Shown: positions 42,458 through 51,976, counted from the first letter of the stretch. The stretch is 64,000 nucleotides of DNA from Gelidibacter sp. (GCF_035515035.1 NZ_DATJCA010000041.1:1705-65704), one strand, 5' to 3'. Program-made: numbers and translations. Notes: generated from the sequence alone by a model not told the origin.

Positions 42458-42491
42458 CACCCTTTTAAGCCAGTTTAAAACACCTTTAAAT

Positions 42492-42524
42492 AAAAAAGCA
42501 GCCTCATCTAGAAGCTGCTTTTTT
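42492..42524. terminator. Bidirectional intrinsic terminator
   Basis: AAAAAAGCAGC-loop-GCTGCTTTTTT between convergent genes. Confidence 0.85.
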
Positions 42525-42546
42525 GTTTATAATCGTATTCAGAATA

Positions 42547-44613
42547 CTACCAAATTCTCACACGTTTTTCAGGTGCCAAATACATGGGATCACCTTCCTT
42601 AATATCAAAAGCTTCATAAAACGCATCAATGTTTTTTAAAGGCTGCGTCGCTCTTTGAATTCCTGGGGAATGCGGATCTGTTTTGATTTGGGTTCTTAAA
42701 GCATCTTCTCGAGATAAAGTTCTCCAAACTGTAGCCCAACTCATGAAGAAACGTTGTTCTGGAGTAAATCCGTCAATATTTTCAGGACGTCCATGTTTCT
42801 TAAAGTGTAATTGTAACCCATCATAAGCCCCAAGCACACCACCAAGGTCACCAATATTTTCACCTAAAGTAAATTTACCATTGATAAAAACACTGTCCAG
42901 GACCTCAATACCGCTGTACTGTTCGGCCAAGGCATCGGCACGTTTGGTAAACTCTTCCAAATCATGTTCTGTCCACCAATTTTTCAAATTCCCGTCGCCA
43001 TCAAATCGAGCGCCGGAATCATCAAAAGCATGAGATATCTCATGTCCGATTACCGCACCAATACCGCCATAATTCACGGCAGCATCAGCAGTATAATTGT
43101 AAAAAGGAGGTTGTAAAATAGCGGCTGGAAATACAATCTCGTTGTTACGCGGATTGAAATAAGCATTCACCGTTTGTGGTGCCATTCCCCATCGCTTTCT
43201 ATCCACTGGCTCATTGATTTCTGAGAAATTTTTCTCTCTTGCCCATTTACTAACAGCCCTCATATTCTCAGCGTAAGTGTTGCCTTCTTTTATTTGAAGA
43301 TTTGAATAATCTTCCCACTCATCAGGATAGGCAATCTTAACCGTGAATTTATCCAACTTTTCAATTGCTTTTTCCTTGGTTTCTTCAGTCATCCAATCCA
43401 ATTTCTTAATTCTATTTTGGAAGGCTTCAATAACGTCAGCAATCATCTCTTCAGCTTTAGCTTTAGCTTCTGGTGGAAACTTAGCTTCTACGTACAATTT
43501 CCCGATAGCTTCACCAATAGAACCATCAACGGTTCCTAAGGCGCGCTCCTCGGCTGGACGTTGTTTTTGTACACCATTAAGGGTCTTTGCATAAAAATCC
43601 CAATTGGCTTTTTCGATTTCGGTAGATAAATAATTTGCAGACCCATTAAGCGTATTCCAAACCATTAAAGTTTTAATATCTTCAATAGGGGTTTGTTTTA
43701 GGAATTTTTGCAATGAGGCCATATATTTTGGTTGCATGATATTTAAAGTATCGATCTTTTTATCGATGCCTAAATCGTCAACCAATTTTTGCCAATCTAA
43801 GGCCGGTGTCATTTTTTGAAGGTCAGAAAAAGCTACTGGATTGTTATAATTCCGTGCATCTCTCATGGCTACTTTATCCAATCTTGGCTCAGCCAATTTT
43901 GTTTCCATTGCCAATATTTTTTTAGCAGCAGCTTGTGCTTTTGCTTCATCATAATCGATAAACTGAAGCATTCTGGCAATATGATCAACATATTGTTGTC
44001 GGATCTCTTTTGATTTGGCATCTTGGTCCAAATAGTAATCTCTTTGCAATCCAAGACCACCTGGATAGATCCAAGCCATATTCATGCTACTGTTATTAAG
44101 ATTTGGTGACGCCCCAAGACCTGCAAAAGGTGCTCCTACCCCATCAACAGTGGCGTAAACCGTTTGCATGTCATTCAGGTTTTTGATGCCTTCAATAGCT
44201 TCCAATAATGGTTTGATGGGTTCAATACCCGCCTCGTTTCTCGCTACGGAGTCCAACTCACTTTGAAAAAGCAACAAGGCTTTCTTTTGGTCGGTACCGT
44301 CGGCATAAGTGCCTAATTCATGAGCATTTCTTACAATGTCCAGAACGTCTTGACGAGTTTCTTTTCTCAGAACTCCAAAACCACCCCAGCGGGTTTCATC
44401 ATCAGGAATGGTGGTGTTTTTTGCCCAGTTCCCGTTGACATAATTGTAGAAATCGTCTTTTGGACTCACAGTGGTGTCCATATTTTCAAGTACGATTCCA
44501 GGAATTTTTTTTTCTGCCATGACGGTCTCCTTTTTAGGTTCTTCTTTACAACCAACAATGGTTATAAAGACTAAACCGGTAGTTGCCAATGCATACTTAA
44601 GATTGGTTTTCAT
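42547..44613 (-). CDS. M13 family (PepO/neprilysin-like) metallopeptidase lipoprotein
   Basis: VNAYF, GHEISHAFD (HExxH), GENIGD, DPHSP; lipobox IVGC. Confidence 0.95.
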   Translation of the reverse strand: MKTNLKYALATTGLVFITIVGCKEEPKKETVMAEKKIPGIVLENMDTTVSPKDDFYNYVNGNWAKNTTIPDDETRWGGFGVLRKETRQDVLDIVRNAHELGTYADGTDQKKALLLFQSELDSVARNEAGIEPIKPLLEAIEGIKNLNDMQTVYATVDGVGAPFAGLGASPNLNNSSMNMAWIYPGGLGLQRDYYLDQDAKSKEIRQQYVDHIARMLQFIDYDEAKAQAAAKKILAMETKLAEPRLDKVAMRDARNYNNPVAFSDLQKMTPALDWQKLVDDLGIDKKIDTLNIMQPKYMASLQKFLKQTPIEDIKTLMVWNTLNGSANYLSTEIEKANWDFYAKTLNGVQKQRPAEERALGTVDGSIGEAIGKLYVEAKFPPEAKAKAEEMIADVIEAFQNRIKKLDWMTEETKEKAIEKLDKFTVKIAYPDEWEDYSNLQIKEGNTYAENMRAVSKWAREKNFSEINEPVDRKRWGMAPQTVNAYFNPRNNEIVFPAAILQPPFYNYTADAAVNYGGIGAVIGHEISHAFDDSGARFDGDGNLKNWWTEHDLEEFTKRADALAEQYSGIEVLDSVFINGKFTLGENIGDLGGVLGAYDGLQLHFKKHGRPENIDGFTPEQRFFMSWATVWRTLSREDALRTQIKTDPHSPGIQRATQPLKNIDAFYEAFDIKEGDPMYLAPEKRVRIW

Positions 44614-44799
44614 AGTGTTTAAATATTTAATTTGACTAAAATTAGTTATTAATAGGAAGCTTGTTCATCGTAATTGTTACATCTTAACAAAATATTAAGA
44701 AAAACCGGTAGATTGTAAAAAAGTCCAAACTCAAATTCCAAATTCCAAGTTTCTCGTTTCTGTTGTTTCTTGATTAAAGTTTCCAACTTCCGAAAAAGC

Positions 44800-44884
44800 T
44801 GTGGACGGACAGACCGGTTTCTTAAGCGGCGCGCATTCATTAACTTTGGCCAGCCTGAGTTGCTCCAAACCTCGGAACTGCACA
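44800..44884 (-). ncRNA. Candidate structured RNA or miniature element, unidentified
   Basis: GC-rich island in an AT-rich spacer; minus-strand CAGGCUGG/CCGGUCUG stem uses G-U pairs; flanked by heptamer arrays. Confidence 0.3.
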
Positions 44885-44938
44885 ATCACCATTAATTTCC
44901 AATCCCTAATGCCTAATGCCCCACCAACAACATATCAG

Positions 44939-45460
44939 CTACTCTGGTCTCACGGGCAATTGAATCTGCTGTGCTTCCTTTTCAAACTTTTTATTTATTT
45001 GAAGTATGAGATTGACATTTGCTACCAGCAATTCCTTAATGCTTTCCATAAGATCTTTTTTCTTAATATTATCTAGATTGGCAAGGTCTTGTAGCCTTAA
45101 CAATGTGGTTTCCAAAACGGTCATGCGCGAACGAATTGCCGGTGTTGTCACTGCAGGAGGTTGTTCTGCCTTCAATTCTAAAATGAACTCCTCCATGATT
45201 TTTTTCTCGACCTTAAAAAAAGTGAGATTCCCGTTTTTTAGAAGATCAATTTGCTCTTGTAGATCCTGAAATTTCTGCCAATCCAACACAGCCTGCTGGC
45301 TATCTGCACTTAATATATAATCTGTATAGTTTAATTTTGCAATATCCTCTGCGGTAATAACATAGGCCTTCTCCTGATTTTCAATAGCCGTTGGGTCAAC
45401 TTTTGGTTCAGATTTACAGCCTATAAAAATTAAAACACTTAGTAAAAAGAGTTGTTTCAT
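44939..45460 (-). CDS. Hypothetical helical lipoprotein
   Basis: Lipobox FIGC; helical, charged mature region. Confidence 0.75.
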   Translation of the reverse strand: MKQLFLLSVLIFIGCKSEPKVDPTAIENQEKAYVITAEDIAKLNYTDYILSADSQQAVLDWQKFQDLQEQIDLLKNGNLTFFKVEKKIMEEFILELKAEQPPAVTTPAIRSRMTVLETTLLRLQDLANLDNIKKKDLMESIKELLVANVNLILQINKKFEKEAQQIQLPVRPE

Positions 45461-45637
45461 ACCACAAGGAAATTTTTAAAATAGATGATTAGAGTTCAAA
45501 TATAATTAAACTAAAGGGATCTGCATTTATTGTTAATTCAATCCTTAATTCAACCAATAGTGTTTTTTTCGAGATAAATCAGTTGTAATGGCACCACCAT
45601 TGACGGACATTTTTTATCTTGCCTCACCGTTTCAAAT

Positions 45638-48082
45638 ATGTTTATGAGATCATCTAACAGAAAAATTACTTTTAAGGTGCTTTTCGGATATATCGCTCTT
45701 GGAGTTTTAGCAGCAATTTCCGGGTGGTTGGTCTTTACTGAATTGGGAAATTTTACCGCAACCCAAACTGACGATTTAAAGGAGCGCCATAAACTCATCA
45801 AAATAAGTGGCCTGGTAGCGGATATCTATGAGAACGAAAGTTTGGCGCGAGCGGCACTTCAGCTCAATACTACGGAAAAATTCAACGCCTATATTTCTCA
45901 AAATGACAGCCTGATTACGACTATCGACACCTTGCGTGTTTTGGTAAATAACGAATATCAGAAGGCACTACTGGACAGTGTCAAAGTTATTTTTGATAAA
46001 AAGCAGCAAGATCTCAACGAATTGCGACGGCTTAAAGACAATAACACCTCCGAAAAATCGATTGAACAGACCATCAATAAACTTAAAACCATTGATCCTA
46101 TTCTAGGAAAATTGACTTTAGAGGATTATGTGGAAAACCCAACGGAAGTCAATCCGAAAGTAAAAGAGATTTTGGAAGGTTGGATTCAATTTTCAAACGA
46201 ATCTAAAGCAAAAGATTCCGTGAGTAAGGTAGATCAAAAGCAGATAGATTCAATCGTTACAACGTCACGGAACATGCTCCGCAAAATTCAGCAGGAAGTT
46301 GCTTTGCAGAGACAATCGTTGATGGTTAAAGAACGCGAATTAGTTGAAAACGATTTAAATACCTCACGGCAATTACGCAATTTACTGCGCACTCTAGAAC
46401 GTGAGATGGTGGCCTCTTCCCAAAGCATCATAGCCCAACGTCAAAAAGCTTTAGATCGTGGCACCAGCATTATATATTTGGCCGCCATCATCAGTTTTAT
46501 CTTAGTAGTCATCTTCTCCATCCTTATTTTGAACGATTTTTGGAAAAGCCAGGAATATCGTGATGAACTCGAAAAATCAAATGCCTATACCAATTCGCTC
46601 TTAAAAAGCAGGGAGCAATTGATCAATATGGTGAGCCATGATTTAAGATCGCCATTGAGCACCATTTCAGGCTATAGCGCATTGCTGCAAAAAACTGCCC
46701 AAAACACAAGAGAAGGTAATTATCTGGACCATATTAAAAATGCCTCCACTTACATGAGCCAATTGGTCGATGATCTTCTGGAGTTTTCAAAATTGGAAGA
46801 TGGCCATATCACCATAGAAAGTATCCCTTTTAATCTTAAAACTGTTTTAGACGAAACCAGCACCAACATCAAAGCAATATATTCCGACAAACCTATTGCA
46901 CTGCTTGTCAAACATGACCCAGCATTGGACATCACTATTGTTTCTGATCCTTTTAGAATTAAGCAGGTACTTTATAACCTCATCGGAAATGCATACAAAT
47001 TTACCGAAGAAGGCAGCATTAGCATAACTACCAAACTACATTCAACAAACAATAAGTACAGCGTAAGCATTACCATTACTGATACTGGAATTGGGATTAG
47101 CAAAGAAAAACAAAAGGATATCTTTAATGCCTTCACCCAAGTCAATCAAAGCAGTAACACCAAGCATTCTGGTTTTGGCCTTGGGTTGGCCATTTCAAAA
47201 AAATTAGTCAATTTATTAAAAGGCAGATTGACCTTGAACAGCATCCCAGGAAAAGGGAGCACTTTTGAAATTTCGTTCCCGATAAAGCTTTCTTACGAAG
47301 AAGTGGAAGAAAAACCAAACATCCCAGAAGCCTCCCATTTTAAACTAAAAGCAATTGTTGTGGACGATGATGCGTCCCTACGACAGCTTATCGCAGATAT
47401 ATTAGAACAGCATCAAGTGGTCACCTATACTTTTGAAGATGCCAAAGCTGCTCTTTCGGCTTTGAAAGATCTGACCTTCGATTTCATCATAACAGACATT
47501 CAATTGCCAAAAATGAATGGCTTCCATTTTATGGAAACCGTCAAACAATTGCCGTTTTATAAGCAACAGCCCATTATTGCAATGACCGGAAGAATGGATA
47601 TCAATACCGAAAACTATATTGACAGCGGGTTTTCAAAAGTGGTTTATAAACCTTTTGAGGCCCATATTTGGTTTGATATTTTAAGTGAGCTTTTTCCCGA
47701 GAGCATTACAAAACCCGAAGAAGATATCAAAAAGACGACTTATCGTTCGGACTATTTTGACACGAATTCCATCGCTGGTTTCTTAAATTATGACGAAGAA
47801 GCCCTTAAATCGTTGTTGGAAATATTCTTAAAGGACACCAAAAAACATATGTCCGAATTAAGACAGGCACAACAACAAAATGACCTTAAAACCATTAACA
47901 ATCTGAGCCACAGAATGCTGACCATGTTCAAGCAATTAAACGCGAAAACGGTCGTTCCACATTTAGAAGTTTTAGAACATATATCCGTGGTGGATCATCA
48001 AATTCTGGACACTTTGGAAATAGAGCTCAAGGCTTTTTACGAAGACATGCAAGCGTACATTACTCCAAATTATACTCCTTAA
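45638..48082 (+). CDS. Hybrid sensor histidine kinase (TM-periplasmic-TM, HisKA, HATPase, REC, Hpt)
   Basis: SHDLRSPL, NLIGNAYKFT, DTGIG, GFGLGL, VVDDD...TDIQLPKMNG, LSHRM. Confidence 0.93.
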   Translation: MFMRSSNRKITFKVLFGYIALGVLAAISGWLVFTELGNFTATQTDDLKERHKLIKISGLVADIYENESLARAALQLNTTEKFNAYISQNDSLITTIDTLRVLVNNEYQKALLDSVKVIFDKKQQDLNELRRLKDNNTSEKSIEQTINKLKTIDPILGKLTLEDYVENPTEVNPKVKEILEGWIQFSNESKAKDSVSKVDQKQIDSIVTTSRNMLRKIQQEVALQRQSLMVKERELVENDLNTSRQLRNLLRTLEREMVASSQSIIAQRQKALDRGTSIIYLAAIISFILVVIFSILILNDFWKSQEYRDELEKSNAYTNSLLKSREQLINMVSHDLRSPLSTISGYSALLQKTAQNTREGNYLDHIKNASTYMSQLVDDLLEFSKLEDGHITIESIPFNLKTVLDETSTNIKAIYSDKPIALLVKHDPALDITIVSDPFRIKQVLYNLIGNAYKFTEEGSISITTKLHSTNNKYSVSITITDTGIGISKEKQKDIFNAFTQVNQSSNTKHSGFGLGLAISKKLVNLLKGRLTLNSIPGKGSTFEISFPIKLSYEEVEEKPNIPEASHFKLKAIVVDDDASLRQLIADILEQHQVVTYTFEDAKAALSALKDLTFDFIITDIQLPKMNGFHFMETVKQLPFYKQQPIIAMTGRMDINTENYIDSGFSKVVYKPFEAHIWFDILSELFPESITKPEEDIKKTTYRSDYFDTNSIAGFLNYDEEALKSLLEIFLKDTKKHMSELRQAQQQNDLKTINNLSHRMLTMFKQLNAKTVVPHLEVLEHISVVDHQILDTLEIELKAFYEDMQAYITPNYTP

Positions 48083-49406
48083 GTTTATTATAAAGCGTTT
48101 TTCTTGAGAAATTAAGAAGTTTTGCCGCTTTGGTTTTATTGTTATTGGCTTCCTGCAGAACTTTTACAATCAAATCCTTTTCGTTGGACTTGGCAGAAAA
48201 GGAGGGTGACGCAGCCTCTTTTGAGGGCGCAACAGACAATTCAGGAGGCAGTACTTCTTTTTGGATTACCTCTCCGGTAGTTAATAAGGTAGCGCGCTTG
48301 ATGACGTTGGAAAGCTCTCGTAAATTGCCTGGCCAGGTATAATTTTGGAATATTTTCAACACTTCAGAAGAAAATCCGATGATGGATTTATTCAACTGTT
48401 GATTGGCATTCTCCAAAAAGAAATCGGCATAAAGGATCAAATCATCTCTACGCTCTTGCAAGTTGGGTACTTTTATAAAAAATTCATTTAACCGGTGATA
48501 AAGATCTTCTCTAAAATCGCCGTCCTCAACAGCTTGCAACAAATCTTCATTGGTGGCGGTCAACAAGCGGATGTCCACTTCAATTTCTTCATTGCTACCA
48601 ATAGGTTTAACCCGCCTCTCTTGAAGGGCCCGAAGCAATTGTATTTGATTTTCATAAGATAAATTCCCTACCTCGTCCAAAAACAGTGTGCCACCGTTTG
48701 CCGCTTCAAAATGACCAATCTTATCATTGATAGCGCCAGTAAAGGAGCCTTTTTTATGTCCAAAAAACTCACTAGACGCAATTTCCTTCGGAATAGCGCC
48801 GCAATCCACCGCAATAAATGGTTGGTTTTTTCTTGAACTTTTTAAATGAATGGCCTTGGCGACTACCTCTTTACCCGTGCCACTTTCACCAGAAATCAAC
48901 ACGGACATGCTGGTAGGCGCGACAAGGTTAATATGATCATATAATACTTTGGACGCAGCGCTAATGCCCGATACAAAGCCAGGGGCCGCCGCAGACGGAG
49001 CTTTTGGCACTGAACCCGTTTCTTGTTTTGGTTTTTTAATTTCCTGCTTCTCCTTAAGTGCATTTTTGACCACTTGCAAAACTTCTTCAGGATTAAATGG
49101 TTTGGAAATATAATCAAAAGCACCTTCCTTCATTGCCTTAACTGCTGTGGATACTTCGGCATAACCTGTCATCAACACTACCGGAACAGAGGCATCTTTG
49201 GCTTTAATATGGTTCAATAGAGCAATTCCATCACCATCAGGAAGTCTAAGATCTGCAAACACCAAATCAAAAGAAGTATGCTTCACCTTATTTTTGGCAT
49301 CTTCAAGCGTATAAGATAATGTCACCGAATGCTGGTGACGCTCCAAAAAACGTCGTAACATCTCAGAAAAACTCACATCATCTTCAACCAAAAGAATGGC
49401 ACTCAT
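48060..49406 (-). CDS. Sigma54-dependent response regulator (NtrC family enhancer-binding protein)
   Basis: REC (VEDD, DLRLPDGDG), GESGTGKE, GSFTGA, LFLDEVG, FREDLYHRL, WPGNLREL, Fis-type HTH. Confidence 0.95.
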   Translation of the reverse strand: MSAILLVEDDVSFSEMLRRFLERHQHSVTLSYTLEDAKNKVKHTSFDLVFADLRLPDGDGIALLNHIKAKDASVPVVLMTGYAEVSTAVKAMKEGAFDYISKPFNPEEVLQVVKNALKEKQEIKKPKQETGSVPKAPSAAAPGFVSGISAASKVLYDHINLVAPTSMSVLISGESGTGKEVVAKAIHLKSSRKNQPFIAVDCGAIPKEIASSEFFGHKKGSFTGAINDKIGHFEAANGGTLFLDEVGNLSYENQIQLLRALQERRVKPIGSNEEIEVDIRLLTATNEDLLQAVEDGDFREDLYHRLNEFFIKVPNLQERRDDLILYADFFLENANQQLNKSIIGFSSEVLKIFQNYTWPGNLRELSNVIKRATLLTTGEVIQKEVLPPELSVAPSKEAASPSFSAKSNEKDLIVKVLQEANNNKTKAAKLLNFSRKTLYNKLKEYNLE

Positions 49407-49467
49407 AGTTTATTCGTTTTTACAAAAATATCAAGTTAAACTCAGTAAACCATTTAAAAAAAACATA

Positions 49468-49500
49468 AAAAAAAGGACGCTTCCTTAAAAACGTCCTTTT
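49468..49500 (-). terminator. Intrinsic terminator after the tandem small genes
   Basis: AAAAGGACG-loop-CGTCCTTTT; the A-run on the left reads as a U-tail on the minus strand. Confidence 0.75.
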
Positions 49501-49524
49501 CCAGCTTAAATAAGTGATGAATCC

Positions 49525-49827
49525 TTACTCTTTTTCAATCCAGTTTCCATCCTTATCAGCATATACTGTTGATGCCGCTCCATCCACAGTAATATTTAAT
49601 TTATATTCTTGCTTATCATTTACATAAGCCTTATCAAGAGTGGCGGTCTGAAAATCTTCTGCCAACGCATCTTTCACAGCTTGTGGAAGTGCTTCAGCTT
49701 CAATTTCTTTAAATTCTTCTTGAGCTACCAATTCAATTTTAGGGGTTGCGTTCATAGGAAATGCAGATGTTGCATACGTTGATAATCCTCCTAAAACGAT
49801 TGCTACTGTTAAAACTACTTTTTTCAT
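49525..49827 (-). CDS. Small secreted PepSY-like/BLIP-like (DUF2874-type) protein, copy 3
   Basis: Signal peptide; EALPQAVKDALA..F...YKL...VYADKDGNWI. Confidence 0.75.
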   Translation of the reverse strand: MKKVVLTVAIVLGGLSTYATSAFPMNATPKIELVAQEEFKEIEAEALPQAVKDALAEDFQTATLDKAYVNDKQEYKLNITVDGAASTVYADKDGNWIEKE

Positions 49828-50195
49828 AATGTTATGTTTTTAATAATTTATTTTAAATGTTGTGGTATTACTATCCTAAGTTTTGCAACCTATTCTTTTA
49901 TGATCCAGACGCCATCTTTATCGGCATAAACAGATGAAGTTGCGCCGTCTACAGTAATATCCAATTTATATTCTTCCTTATCGTTCACATAAGCTTTATC
50001 AAGTGTAGCCGATGGAAAATCTTTTGCCAAGGCATCTTTCACTGCTTGTGGAAGTGTTTCAGCGTCGATTTCTTTAAATTCTTCTTGTGCTACTATTTCA
50101 ATTTTATGTGTTGCGTTCATAGGAAATGCAGATGTTGCATACGTTGATAATCCTCCTAAAACGATTGCTACTGTTAAAACTACTTTTTTCATAAT
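49745..50195. repeat. 86-bp perfect direct repeat (49745-49830 = 50110-50195)
   Basis: Base-by-base identity over the start codon and signal-peptide region of copies 2 and 3. Confidence 0.9.
49890..50192 (-). CDS. Small secreted PepSY-like/BLIP-like protein, copy 2
   Basis: Paralog of its neighbours; LPQAVKDALAKDFP...VYADKDG. Confidence 0.75.
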   Translation of the reverse strand: MKKVVLTVAIVLGGLSTYATSAFPMNATHKIEIVAQEEFKEIDAETLPQAVKDALAKDFPSATLDKAYVNDKEEYKLDITVDGATSSVYADKDGVWIIKE

Positions 50196-50257
50196 ATTTT
50201 ATTTTTATGATTTATTAATTTGTATTAAAATGATGCATTATTTTAATAACGAAACCC

Positions 50258-50566
50258 TTATTCTTTTTCTATCCAGTTTCCGTCCTTATCAGCAAATACT
50301 GTTAAAGTTTCTCCATCCATCGTAAGATCCAGTTTATATTCAAGCTCTTGTTTTTCACCTACATAAGCTTTGTCTATAGTGGCGGTTGGAAAATCTTTAG
50401 CCAAGGCATCCTTCACAGCTTGTGGAAGTGCTTCCGCTTTGATCTCTTTATATTCTTCCTGAGCGATAAGCTCAATTTGAGGAGTTTGGCTCATTGCAAA
50501 TGCTGAAGTCGCGAATGTTGATAATCCTCCTAATACGACTGCTACTGTTAAAACTATCTTTTTCAT
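50258..50566 (-). CDS. Small secreted PepSY-like/BLIP-like protein, copy 1
   Basis: Paralog of its neighbours; LPQAVKDALAKDFP...VFADKDGNWI. Confidence 0.75.
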   Translation of the reverse strand: MKKIVLTVAVVLGGLSTFATSAFAMSQTPQIELIAQEEYKEIKAEALPQAVKDALAKDFPTATIDKAYVGEKQELEYKLDLTMDGETLTVFADKDGNWIEKE

Positions 50567-50617
50567 AATATTTATTTTAAGTGTTGTTTGTAATTCTGTT
50601 GTGCTACTGTTCTAATA

Positions 50618-50633
50618 AGAAATAAACATGCCA
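50618..50633 (-). promoter_or_regulatory. Putative sigma54 (-24/-12) promoter
   Basis: Minus strand TGGCATG-TTTA-TTTCT versus consensus TGGCAYG-N4-TTGCW; correct spacing, one mismatch at the -12 G. Confidence 0.6.
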
Positions 50634-50751
50634 TGGAACCGAAGACCACGTTTCATACCTATAAACAATTGCTATACAATGCATTACACTTAATTCATGT
50701 TTTTGACGTTTTTATTCAAGGTGTGTAATTCCGAATCTGAAGATCACATTT

Positions 50752-50768
50752 TGTGTAAATTTTACCCA
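50752..50768. promoter_or_regulatory. Putative enhancer (UAS) palindrome for the sigma54 activator
   Basis: TGTGTAAA-T-TTTACCCA, with an extra half-site TGTGTAAT at 50722-50729; about 120 bp upstream of the -24 box. Confidence 0.5.
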
Positions 50769-50890
50769 ATTCTCCCTTTAATAGCGGATTTTTTGTTTTT
50801 GTGCGAAATAGTTAAAGGGGAAATTCATTCCATTAAACATCCTATTCTTCCTAAAAAAACTTTGTACTTTTGCGATTAAATCAAACAACA

Positions 50891-51853
50891 ATGTCTCAAA
50901 AGATTCTCATTATTGGAGCATGTGGTCAAATTGGCTCCGAATTAACCTATAAGTTACGGAGTATTCATGGCGATGAAAATGTGATCGCATCTGACATCGG
51001 TTATAACAATCTTGACGTGGTCAATTCCGGTCTTTTTGAAATTGTTGATGCACAAGATTATGGCTCGATTCTACACTGTGTAGAAAAATACCGAATTGAT
51101 ACCATTTATTTAATGGCCGCTATGTTGAGTGCCACCGGAGAAAAATTTCCGATGAAAGCATGGGATTTAAATATGAGCTCGTTATTTCATGTTTTAAATC
51201 TCGCAAAGGCCAAATTTATCGAGAAAATATTCTGGCCTTCAAGTATTGCGGTTTTTGGTCCTACAACACCTAAACATGACACACCCCAACATACAGTTAT
51301 GGCTCCTACAACGGTTTATGGCATTACCAAACAAGTTGGCGAACGCTGGTGCGAGTATTATTTTGATAAGTATGGGGTGGACGTGCGCAGTATTCGCTAT
51401 CCAGGAATTATCAGTTGGAAAACAATGCCTGGCGGTGGCACGACAGATTATGCCGTGGAAATTTACCACAGAGCCATTACTGATGGTCATTATTCAAGTT
51501 TCCTGTCTGAAGACACAGAACTACCTATGATGTTTATGGATGATGCCATAGATGCCACCATTCAAATTATGGATGCGCCGGCCAATCAATTGACCATAAG
51601 ATCTTCATATAATTTGGCGGCCATGAGTTTTACACCTAAAGATATTGCGGCTGAAATCCAGAATCATATTAAAGATTTCATTATTACCTATAATCCTGAT
51701 TTTAGACAACAAATTGCCGATTCTTGGCCAAAATCAATTGATGACAGCGTTGCACGAACCGACTGGGGCTGGCAACATAAATTTGATCTCAAGAAAATGA
51801 GCGAGGAAATGTTGACTAAGTTAGGTGAAAAGTATGCGATTTCCGAAAGTTAG
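50891..51853 (+). CDS. L-threonine 3-dehydrogenase (SDR/GalE-like type)
   Basis: GACGQIG, LSATGE, PSSIAVFG, YGITK, PGGGTTDYA. Confidence 0.88.
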   Translation: MSQKILIIGACGQIGSELTYKLRSIHGDENVIASDIGYNNLDVVNSGLFEIVDAQDYGSILHCVEKYRIDTIYLMAAMLSATGEKFPMKAWDLNMSSLFHVLNLAKAKFIEKIFWPSSIAVFGPTTPKHDTPQHTVMAPTTVYGITKQVGERWCEYYFDKYGVDVRSIRYPGIISWKTMPGGGTTDYAVEIYHRAITDGHYSSFLSEDTELPMMFMDDAIDATIQIMDAPANQLTIRSSYNLAAMSFTPKDIAAEIQNHIKDFIITYNPDFRQQIADSWPKSIDDSVARTDWGWQHKFDLKKMSEEMLTKLGEKYAISES

Positions 51854-51854
51854 A

Positions 51855-51976
51855 TTTGAGGCTTGAGGTATTAGGGCTTAGCGCTGAGAGCGTGAAATCG
51901 CGAATGTTGATTAACGATTAACTATTATGGAATGCTGATTTCTGAATAGTAAAACTCTGAAGCCTGAACTTTGAAA
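51855..51976. repeat. 7-bp-periodic degenerate tandem array
   Basis: TTTGAGG CTTGAGG TATTAGG GCTTAGC ... CGAATGT TGATTAA CGATTAA CTATTAT GGAATGC TGATTTC TGAATAG ... CTGAAGC CTGAACT. Confidence 0.65.

Noticed and set aside
44800-44884. SRP RNA, tRNA, or twister/pistol ribozyme identity for the GC island
   Set aside because: No SRP domain IV loop, no TTCRA T-arm or cloverleaf, and ribozyme core nucleotides are incomplete.
44649-45076. Short ORFs 44649-44885 and 44801-45076 as real genes
   Set aside because: They run through heptamer repeats or antisense to the lipoprotein gene and have non-ATG starts.
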